Source of the DNA: Tubulanus polymorphus
Taxonomy: Eukaryota; Animalia; Nemertea
Assembly: GCF_964204645.1 (NCBI RefSeq)
Contig: NC_134033.1
Coordinates: 1,508,131 to 1,572,130 of the forward strand
DNA: 64,000 nt
Direction of reading: 5' to 3'
Shown: positions 53,701-64,000 of the stretch, piece after piece
Numbering within the stretch: position 1 is the stretch's first letter
How the letters are laid out: every line of letters begins with the position of its first letter
Notes under the pieces: model-generated
Databases searched by the model: none
What the model was told of the DNA's origin: nothing
Seen by the model: the letters and a program-made list of their open reading frames with translations, nothing else
Made by a program: the position numbers and the translations under genes

Positions 53701-56700
53701 ATATGAAATAACAACGCAATTAATTACTATTCTTTCATCGCGACAGTTTGCTGCTGCAGCAGCAGCAGCAGCAGCAGCAACAACGACAACAGAAGTTTGA
53801 ATTTTTCTGTTTCATGGACTCTATATCGTTTGAATCAAACTGTAAAACAAACGAATACAGAAATATCAAAGTTACAGAGATCAGAGTTTTAATGCAAGAA
53901 ATTAATGAATTCTCTTTTCTTTTATTGCAACAGAACAGACAAACAGCGACGAATACAGTAAGTTTGAATTTTTCTGTTTAATGGACTTTATATTGTTTAA
54001 ATAAAACCCTAAAACAAACGAATACAGAAATTTCAGGGTTTTTCCAAATACAGATATAAAACTTGTCTCTTGTTTTAATTATAATATGATCTCCTGTGTT
54101 TAATGTTTGCTACTGAATATGAAATAATGCAAGAAATTCATGAATTCTCTTCTTTTTTTATTGCGACAGAATTCAGCGACGACGACGACGACGACGACGA
54201 CAAAAACGACAGCACCAGAAGTAAGTGAGAAGTTTTCTGTATCATGGAATTTCTAGTCGTGTTTATTTCTTTCTGACAGACGATGATTTGTTTGTGATTT
54301 TCATCGTATATTTCATACCGGGAACAAAGTCATGAAAATAATCCTGCTTTTAATGAAATAAATTCCCGTCACTTAGAATTATTTTATAATCAAGTTTTTT
54401 TTTATATAATATTAGCGCACACAGTCAAATCTGGAAACATTTGCTCACGGATATATGTGCATATATTTTATGTATCTCTTTTATTGATGTATTAATATTT
54501 ACTGTATTTAACGTGTGAACGTGAAATAACAAAACTAAAATGAATTCTCTTTTTTTCTTTCATGTCATCAGCGTAAACAAACAGCAGCAAAGGCAGTAAG
54601 TAGAAATTCTTCTGTTACCTTGAAACAACCGATTCTTATGAGTTTTTCGTCAGAATTATCATCAAAGTTACAGAATTTAATCGGAGTTTGATTCCCTTCG
54701 TAACTTATCGTTTTTGACCTGAATGTGAATGTTATTGTTCTTTTCCAACAGCCAGAAGTCCTGGAGGAAATTCCGCCGCCAGTAAGTTTAGATTTTATGA
54801 TATCATTTTATGTAAACCTGTTTTGTTTAACCTGGTCCTCTGAAGCCGGTTAGACTGGTATTATGTTTAACCCGTGCTCAGTTAACTGAATTCACTTTTA
54901 ATCAAGTTAACCCAGATTTATTAAAGTAAACATTGGTCTCCATAAAACTGGCGCTTAGATTCATTGATCATTTAATGAATGATTTTTATAGATATGAATG
55001 TTAATTCTCTTTTCTAGATAACAGTAGAAGCGGAAATTCATTTTGTAAGTTTTCTATTAATCTCCTCGGTGGAATATGATGTCTACCATTTTCGCTGAGA
55101 GTCATTGAAACTTCATAACTCTTTAAGCAAGTTGTAACTGATTTCGTCTTCAGTTTGTGCGCGCGCTCACTTACACATACGCTTATATTTGCGCATGTAG
55201 TTCATAATTATCATCAAACTCGTAGTAATAACGATAATAGTAATGATAATAATTACAATTGTCATTTTTAAAGTGCAAATATCCCGATAAAAGGAATTAT
55301 CAAACTGATTTATCGTGTGGTGTTTTTGGTTTTCTCTCATTGTAACAAGTTTACTCTGATGAAATCTTTTTCCAGATGTTAAACCTGTCTGGTATTCGTT
55401 TTAATAATGATCTCTGTTAAATGTGTGCTACTCAATATGAAATAACAACGCAATTAATTACTATTCTTTCATCGCGACAGTTTGCTGCTGCAGCAGCAGC
55501 AGCAGCAGCAACAGCAGCAACGACAACAGAAGCTTGAATTTTTCTGTTTCATGGACTCTATATCGTTTGAATCAAACTGTAAAACAAACGAATACAGAAA
55601 TATCAAAGTTACAGAGATCAGAGTTTCAATGCAAGAAATTAATGAATTCTCTTTTCTTTTATTGCAACAGAACAGACAAACAGCGACTAATACAGTAAGT
55701 TTGAATTTTTCTGTTTAATGGACTTTATATTGTTTAAATAAAACCCTAAAACAAACGAATACAGAAATATCAGGGTTTTTCCAAATACAGATATAAAACT
55801 TGTCTCTTGTTTTAATTATAATATGATCTCCTGTGTTTAATGTTTGCTACTGAATATGAAATAATGCAAGAAATTCATGAATTCTCTTCTTTTTTTATTG
55901 CGACAGAATTCAGCGACGACGACGACGACGACAAAAACGACAGCACCAGAAGTAAGTGAGAAGTTTTCTGTATCATGGAATTTCTAGTCGTGTTTATTTC
56001 TTTCTGACAGACGATGATTTGTTTGTGATTTTCATCGTATATTTCATACCGGGAACAAAGTCATGAAAATAATCCTGCTTTCAATGAAATAAATGCCCGT
56101 CACTTAGAATTATTTTATAATCAAGTTTTTTTTATATAATATTAGCGCACACAGTAAAATCTGGAAACATTTGCTCACGGATATATGTGCATATATTTTA
56201 TGTATCTCTTTTATTGATGTATTTATATTTACTGTATTTAACGTGTGAACGTGAAATAACAAAACTAAAATGAATTCTCTTTTTTTCTTTCATGTCATCA
56301 GCGTAAACAAACAGCAGCAAAGGCAGTAAGTAGAAATTCTTCTGTTACCTTGAAACAACCGATTCTTATGAGTTTTTCGTCAGAATTATCATCAAAGTTA
56401 CAGAATTTAATCGGAGTTCGATTCCCTTCGTAACTTATCGTTTTTGACCTGAAAAAAGGCGGCTCTAAATCCAATTCGGTTACAGATATCAAACCTGTCT
56501 ATTTTTGGTTTATTTGTATTGGTCATCAAATTCAATTCTTGGCGCACATTTTTATGCCCATAAACTGGTGCTGATTTTCATAAGCGCAACGATTGAATAG
56601 ATTCCGACTCGTTTTTTTCTTTCCCCTGGTAGATTTTCTGCAAAACAAGATGATGTTTTCCATGGTCGATTTACCAATTCCTAGGCTTTGTATTAATGAA

Positions 56701-59700
56701 TTTTATTCTTTTACAGCATCACACTGGAACGAGGTCCACGTTGGCGTCCCCAGACATCGAAGTAAGTTTAGATGTATCCGTTCTGTTGGCTGGTTATCAA
56801 TTGTAATATGTTGAGACTTGAGATGAAAATGTGAGATGTGCGGGGAAGGCAAAACACAAAACGCCGAACAGCAAAATGTCGTGTCCGTTGAACATTTTAT
56901 TGTTTGTGGGCAAAACGTGTTCTGAAAAGTGTGTTTTCTGTTTTGGCGAAACAAATGTTATGCCGGGTGCGGCGGGCTTATGGCGAGTGAATAATTAGGG
57001 TATATGAGAAAAAAAAGCGGGAATATAAATGAAGAACATTCGTAACTCTTTGCCTGCCACGCCTATTTTTCAGGCAATGCTGCGTTTTGCCAGGATTTCC
57101 GTGTTTTTCAGAGATTCATAAAACAAAAACAAGAAGAGATATCTTCTCATCAAATTTGTTTATATCTTTGATCTGGTCTTGCATTTTCATGTAAAATAAG
57201 CGGCATTTCTTCTAAGAGTGATAAAATCTGTAGCGATAACCAGTGCAGAGGGAGTATTTTGCAGAATATATGCTCGTTCATGCGTGTTCAGCCCCCATTT
57301 CAATAGATGATGTCACTCGCACACTGTATAGAACAACTGATGAGTTTGTTTAGTAGTAAAAGGCATTAAACTAACTGGTGTTGTGCGATGAATTCGCCAT
57401 CTATCGTTAGAGTTAAGAACCAAGCCAACCATATCGGTACGGTTTTGAGTTAAGAATCAAGCCAACCGTATCGGTACGGTTTTGAGTTAAGAAACAAGCC
57501 AACCGTATCGGTACGGTTTTGAGTTAAGAATCAAGCCAACCGTATCGGTACAGTTTTGAGTTAAGAAACAAGCCAACCGTATCGGTACGGTTTTGAGTTA
57601 AGAAACAAGCCAACCGTATCGGTACGGGTTTGAGTTAAGAAACAAGCCAACCATTTTGCCAGTACGGTTTTGGCAGGAATGTGATGGGAGATAACGAACA
57701 TACGAGAACGTGTTTGGGTGGAAATGAATTAAGGAGTCACGTCGGATCAACCCTCCTCCCAGTATATATCATCCAAGGGCATAACTCTTTCAGCACTCAC
57801 GGGTGATTTGATAAAAAAAAACACTCAGAGTGCCCATCATTGTTAACATAAAAGTAGGAAAATCAATAGAAACTTTCGAGCTCCATAGAGTGAAAACTGT
57901 AAGAGATAGAGCTTAATGTTAATTGAAAGGTTTCTAGGGTATCACTGACCCTTAGAAAAGATTGGTAACAATTTTTTGAAAAATGATCTAATTTGCACGA
58001 ATTATAGCTCTTTTTAAGAGCCTCAAAACGCTAAGCGCCACACATGGCATTATAAGTGGATTCGTTGTTTAAGAGACCAGAGAAAAACATTCGACTAAGA
58101 AACTCTGTCGTCACAAAGGTTTGAACCTATAAACCCTGGATTGATGAGACCAGTGACCGGCGGCTTAGTCCACTTGGCCACTGCGCCTCTCCAATTAATT
58201 ATAGCTCAGCGACCTATTTATTTGCTAACTCCTTAAATTTCAGGTATAGGATAAACAACCCAAGGGCTTAACGACAATTTATTGAAATGTCGTTTTTGAG
58301 ATGCTCTCACGATTCAATCTTTTGATGCAATTTTTTGGTAATTCGACTGTATTATTTAACGGGAGGGAGTGTTAATAGCGAAGCGAATATCGCAACTTTT
58401 TTGATGCCGTAAAAACCGGAATTACAACGATGTTCATATACATTCATACCTGTGCGTTATTTAAAACAGGTTCTCATAGGCGTCCCCAGGAATTTTCATA
58501 CGGGGTTCGAAATAAGCATCAATCCAGCATCCAAGCACAATGTCTGGTGTTTGGGGGGCCTCCCCCAAAAAACTTTTTTTTAAATTTGAGGCTTTAGAGA
58601 CGTTTTCCAGGCTCTAAATGAATCACTTAGAGTTAAAGGACTTAAGTCAAATTGGCAAGAAAAATCTTGAACATTGATTACATGTTAACTTGAGAAGTTA
58701 GCTATCTTGAAAAGGGTCCGCTACCCCTGCACCCCCCTCGGGGACGCCTATGGTTTTGTGCGAGTCAATGTGCGCTACGTCATCAATATTGGAGCAATTC
58801 AAAATAACAATTACAATTGTGAATGTTCGCTTATCCATTTTGTAATATAACGCTTGCCAGGGGTCAGGTATCACTCCCGAACTCGCCACCAGCCCCCTGG
58901 CCTCATGAAGCGTGATTTCATTACTGGCGCTGTTGCGCGTGACGTCATATATCGATTTGCGAAATACTTCCTTGTTCGGTAAAACGTTCGCTGATTGGTC
59001 TATGTAACGGGAAAACCAACATAAGTCAACTGACGGTTTGTTACAAGGGCTGTGATTGGTACGACCGGATTCTGGTCGGCTAGTAACGACTCCAATGACT
59101 CGTGAGGTCAAGGGGTTCGGGGAACAGCTTTAGCGTAGTGGGTTCGAATCCCTTGACAGGTGAAGATTTCAATATTGAAGCATTTCAAAATAACAATTAC
59201 AATTGTGAATGTTCGCTTATCCATTTTGTAATATACAGTGTTGCCACTTCTCCGGATTTCTCCGGAATTCCGGATTTAAAAAAAAATCCAATTTCATTTC
59301 CGGATTTTCGGGAGAAGTCAAATAACCACAAAAGAAAACATCGCGAAAAAAATAAAATCAATTCGGGATTCGACCCTAAACATCAAAACGTGACGGCTCC
59401 GTAGAGGGTTCGAAAAAGCCGTATTGTGCTGCCACGTAGTGGCAACAACCCCGCGCGCAGTACATGATTAAACCAAGATGACGCAACGATCGAAATCGAC
59501 TGACGCTTCGTTTGTTTTTTGGCTCTCTGGTTAATATATGAGGTGTATTTGCCGGAGCCAATTGCTATTTGAAAAAAAGATCTATAAGCGGTAATGAAAG
59601 TGAGGCCTATAACGCGTATTGCGCCAGAATGCATCTCCTGGCGTTCTAATTTAAAAAATTTTTGGGGGAGGGCCTCAGACCCCCGACTTATTTTCCGGAT

Positions 59701-62700
59701 TTTTAGCTTCACATAAGTGGCAACTCTGAATATAACATATTTCATTCTGTATGTTTTCTGTTCGATAAATTTTATATATGTCTTATTGACAATAGACATT
59801 TGTGTACCGGTATTACCTCGTTGATATATCGGGGCTAGAGACTAGAGATTTTGCCGGTCCGTTCAATTCAATCATCGATATATTCAAATTCAACATATAT
59901 TTATTGATCCTGCTAGTAGTCACACTGATTGACTACCCCGACTCATCGGACGGAACAGGAACACGGAGAACTTGAAGAATAAAGATGTAACTGACATACG
60001 ACAACACTGCTTTCGTAACTTTCATTCCTATGAAAGGAAAATACAGAATTCGACCCCGATTAATTCATATATCGTCAATCGTTGACAAGCAATTCATGTG
60101 TCATTCAAGGTGTCAATAAACACCTCTTTCAGTTTTCCTCTAATTGATATTTATGGAGATGTAAAATTTTCATTTATATTTCAGGAAATCGAAACAGTTT
60201 TCGAATTAAAGTTGGGGACGTCGCTCAGGGCCTCGTTCCAGAAGACGCTGACGCGAAAACATCCGGTAATGTGAAAAAGATTGATTTCAAAGGAAGTGCA
60301 GCTTACCCTAGGGGGAGCCACTTTGATTACATAAATTAAACAGTCAAAGGGTGAAAATGCTCTATACATTTTGTATTCAATTCATTACTTTCACGTTAAA
60401 ATGACTTTAGATATAACGACTTATCTAACTATTTGTTAGTTTTATTATAAACCTGAGAATTCCGTCCAAAATAAAACATTTTAATAATTTCATATCGATT
60501 ATAAACGAACAGATTACTGAAATTCATTGTTGTATATAACGAGCTTTCAGTGAATGACGTTTATTTCTCATCACTTTCAAACTGCTACTGATTTAAAATG
60601 CTCATACGGTCTCTTTTGTTCTCTATTTACAGCAAGTGATGGTAGATTTGCCGAGAGTTCATGCCATCGTGGTAGTTCGTGGGCCGAAAGTAGCAGTTGA
60701 CAACTGCTACGAGTACGCCCACGAACTACGCGACCGGCTCGTCGCGCAGGAGGTAAGAATAATAGTGTTAATAATATCCATACTTGATTATGACAACTAT
60801 AATATGAGAGTATATTAATGTTTCTTCGGTTGTGGGGGCCATCTAATCTTACTCAGTGTGTGCAGTCCCAGCATCATCCAGCCTGCAATCCTCGGTGCGA
60901 TATAGGGCACACGTTAACCCCTATTGAAGGATGTCATCGGCGGCCATCTTGAATTTATTTTTAGCGCGACAAAGCCTGGACGAACTTTGGTTATCGCAGT
61001 TAGTCGACTATTTGTGAACTAAGTGCAACAGAATGTCAGTTATGACTATAGTCAGAAATGATCGACTGTGGTATTGAGCACGGTCGCTGTAGTTCGGACT
61101 TCATGATTCCAAGATGGCTGGAATATGTTTCGACTGAGCTATCGCGCGTTCAGTGATTTCCAACCATTGGTCGACTAGCGACGAAAAACCAAAGTTTGCC
61201 CTGTATTTCTCGATGGATTCCCGTGAAACTTCGCTTTAAGACGGCTAAGCTTAATTCTTTCGAAGTCAATAACAAATTAAGTAAACTCTGTCGTTTTTTA
61301 CGAAGACTGCAACATTCTTTACCTGTCTTCCAGTTGTTGCCACTTTGCTAAGTTTTAGTTTCTCCTCATTTTAACAGCTCAGCTGATACCAAACAATCAC
61401 ACAATAATTTCTAGTTTATCGTCGCCGATAACAATTTCTATTGTTGATTACTCTCATCACTCTTGAAAATAGAAAAAGAATTTAATTGAATCGTTTTTAT
61501 TTAATAGACTCTGAAAGAGAAGAGAAAAATGGAAGTAAGTAAATTCTTTCGAATAATTACAGGCGGATTTAGGTCACACAGTTACTGAGTCTGAAATAAC
61601 AAAACTAAATAAATTAATTCTCTTTTCTTTCCAGAGGGAAAGGAAAAAAAAAGCATTAGAAGTAAGTTTGAATTTGTCTGTTTAATGGACTTTATATCTT
61701 TTAAACCGTAAAACAAACGAATACAGAAATATCAATTTCAAAGTTACATAAATATCAGAGTTTTTCCAAACACAGATAAAAAACTTGTTTTTTGTTTCTT
61801 TTGTTTTAATCAAGATATGATCTATGTTTAATGTTTGCAACTGAATACAAAATAACGCAAGAAATTCATGACTTCTCTTTTCTTTTATAGCAGATGAAAG
61901 CAGCAGCAGCAGCAGCAGCAGCAGCAAAAACAGCAGCAGCATTTGTAAGTTTGAAGTTTTCTGTATCATGGACTTTTTTGTCCGTCTGTTCATCTCTCCA
62001 TCTGTTCACTTGCGACATTTTCTATGATAGTGACGAGTTTCAAGGTCAACGGTTTTTGTATATTTTCACCAGGGGGCGTTGAATATTAAATAAGTCTGAT
62101 TATCAAGCGTCCAAATCATTTTTCGCGTGGGATTGGCGACTGGACCACAAGTTCATTGATAATATTAACCAACAGATATATGTAAACCAATGATCATCAA
62201 ATAATATAACAATCGATTCTTAAAGAGCTTTTCATCAGAATTTTGTCAAAAGTTACAGAATTTAATCTGAGTTCGATTCCCTTCAAAATGATTTACCATG
62301 TGGCATGTTTGATTTTAACTTAATGTAAGAAATTTATGCTAATGACATCAAAATCATTTTTCAGATACAGATATCTATATGAACCTGTCCAGTTTTTATG
62401 TCTACTGTGTTTATTAACGTTTGCTGCTGAATATGAAATTTAAAACAAAACTGAATTTTCTTTCTTTTATTGCAGCAGAAACCACCAACAACAACAGCTG
62501 CAGCAGCAGCGGCCGTTCCTGCACGAGTAAGTTTCTATTTTATAATTACGATTTTATGATTACGTTCATTTCTCTAACCGAGACCGAAACTTCTCGCACC
62601 TTACACTTTACATCCCTATTTCGTTACCTGATATAAGCATTTCATGAGGCTGTGGTAAACCTCTCGGCCTATGGGCAATTATTTTTTGCGATTTTCATCG

Positions 62701-63669
62701 ATTTCCAGACACAGATATTAAACCTGCCCAGTTTTTGTGTCTTCTGTGTTTAACGTTTGCTGCTGAATATGAAATATAAAAAAAAAAACTTATTGAATTT
62801 TCTTTCTTTTATTGCAACAGAAACCAACAGCTCCAGCAGTGGCAGCGGCCATTCCTGCACGAGTAAGTTCAATTTTATAATTAAGCGTCATTCGTTTCCC
62901 ATGTATACCCGCGTAGATGATCCTGTCTTAACATCAACTTTAATCCATTAGCACTCAGGAATTGCACTTAACTTAATGTAAGATATTTATGCTAATGACA
63001 TCAAAATCATTTTTCAGATACAGATATCTATATAAACCTGTCCAGTTTTTGTCTACTGTGTTTATTAACGTTTGCTGCTGTATATGAAATATAAAAAAAA
63101 AAAACTTACTGAATTTTCTTTCTTTTATTGCAACAGAAACCAACAGCAGCAGCACCGAAGGAAGTAAGTCAGCATTTTTCTGTATCATGGATTTTCTGTC
63201 GTGTTCATTTCTATCTGACAGCCAATGTATTTCATACCGGGAACAAAGTCATAAAAATTCTCCTGTTCGTTTTATTAAATAACGATACAGAATCAAAACA
63301 ATATAACGAGGCATCCGTCGCTTAGAACTCATTTATTACGTATATTGATACCTACGTGTGCTACTGAACATAAAATAACAAAACTAAAATTAATTCTCTT
63401 TTTTTCTTTCATGGCATCAGTGCAAACAAACAACAATAACAACAACGAAAGAAGTAAGTTTTGGCCATGTTTTTAGTTTTCGCTCATCGCTGACATTACT
63501 GATATCTTTCCTCGCAGTCTTAAATCGGCTCCACTCAATTTCTCTCATGAAATGCTTTCCATGTTCGAACTACACGTGATCATGAACTTGAAAATGAAAA
63601 ATGATTAAATCTAAATGTTGCTCGTTTATTTTATAGGTCACCAGAAAGCGACGCCGATCCGTCGACGAG
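50741..63669 (+). CDS. Uncharacterised microexon-built protein (NLS, A/T/K/P-rich repeats, central KH-like module); 3' end not seen in window
   Basis: Phase-0 AG...GT exons: 50741-50764 MAPKRKQI; 51290-51319 PEVLEEIPPP; 51556-51582 ITVEAEIHF; 52207-52230 NRPTATNT; 52443-52487 NSATTTTTTKTTAPE; 52838-52861 RKQTAAKA. Copy 2: 53018-53047, 53284-53310, 53934-53957, 54170-54220, 54572-54595. Copy 3: 54752-54781, 55018-55044, 55671-55694, 55907-55951, 56302-56325. Then 56717-56761 HHTGTRSTLASPDIE; 60185-60265; 60633-60752; 61508-61534 TLKEKRKME; 61635-61661 RERKKKALE; 61894-61944 MKA9KTAAAF; 62479-62526; 62821-62862; 63137-63163; 63421-63453; 63637-63669 VTRKRRRSVDE. All lengths are multiples of 3 with no stops; 24 of 27 donors are GTAAGT. 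Confidence 0.8.
51258..56453 (+). repeat. Tandem triplication of a 1.73-kb exon+intron block
   Basis: Units start at TGAATGTGAATGTTATTG: 51258, 52986, 54720. The third ends at about 56453. Copies differ by scattered SNPs and trinucleotide-run lengths. Confidence 0.97.
57410..57672. repeat. 37-bp minisatellite, about 7 copies, with internal hairpin
   Basis: GAGTTAAGAAACAAGCCAACCGTATCGGTACGGTTTT, head to tail. Confidence 0.95.
58095..58188 (-). mobile_element. tRNA-like SINE head fragment
   Basis: Minus strand TGGCCAAGTGG (A-box) and GGTTCAAACC (B-box). Confidence 0.55.
58475..58752. mobile_element. MITE with 13-bp TIR
   Basis: CATAGGCGTCCCC ... GGGGACGCCTATG; flanks GTTCT and GTTTT. Confidence 0.78.
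59236..59728. mobile_element. hAT-like MITE with apparent 6-bp TSD
   Basis: AATATA|CAGTGTTGCCACTT ... AAGTGGCAACTCTG|AATATA, with subterminal TCCGGA repeats. Confidence 0.8.
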
Positions 63670-63925
63670 GTCAGTTTGAATTCTATCGAATCGTTCTCCC
63701 GTTATTACTTTCAATCTGTCTTTTCGTCCATAGATAGGATCTCACAATCGCCAGTGGTATAGGCATTGTTCAGCAATTCAAGGGTGCTAATGTCCTAGAA
63801 AACCTGGCAATCTCATTGAATCAGAAAGATTGGGGAATTTGATAGATTTTTACCAAAATCCTGGAAAACACAGGGGATTTATAAATTCTTAATACTACAA
63901 AATCAGGAAAAAAAGTGGTCTACCG

Positions 63926-63998
63926 TCGGTCGGTCGGTCGGTCGGTCGGTCGGTCGGTCGGTCGGTCGGTCGGTCGGTCGGTCGGTCGGTCGGTCGGT
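63926..63998. repeat. (TCGG)n microsatellite
   Basis: Directly visible. Confidence 0.97.
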
Positions 63999-64000
63999 GA

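Noticed and set aside
53748-55718. Poly-Q ORFs MLLQQQQ... in the ORF track
   Set aside because: They start at TTG and run through introns. The splice-defined frame reads poly-Ala, and the rest is intron sequence.
57410-57672. 37-bp partly palindromic repeats resembling a CRISPR array
   Set aside because: Units are head to tail with no unique spacers, there are no cas genes, and the context is a eukaryotic intron.

Overview
Eukaryotic, intron-rich genomic DNA from a bilaterian invertebrate (probably spiralian; inferred from gene content, not verified). It is not prokaryotic, and most entries in the ORF track are artefacts of repeats. Contents: (1) a 20-exon MCF2L/DBS-type RhoGEF gene on + (about 2995-17639; Sec14, spectrin, DH, PH, SH3, C-terminal -TSV). 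(2) A tandem segmental duplication with units of about 3.7 and 3.5 kb (about 22575-29760). (3) An intronless FMRFamide-receptor-like class A GPCR on - (34697-35632). (4) A 2.5-kb GATA/GACA array next to a 5'-truncated Penelope-like element whose GIY-YIG frame is still open. (5) Many MITEs (piggyBac-, Tc1/pogo-, Harbinger- and hAT-like, some nested), tRNA-derived SINEs and minisatellites. (6) The most striking feature, invisible to the ORF track: a gene on + from 50741 to at least 63669 built from at least 27 symmetric phase-0 exons, 25 of them 24-51 nt. It was expanded by duplication of exon+intron cassettes, including a recent triplication of a 1.73-kb block. It encodes an NLS-bearing, A/T/K/P-rich protein with a central KH-like module. 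All exon models were read by eye from splice signals and frame continuity; there is no expression evidence.
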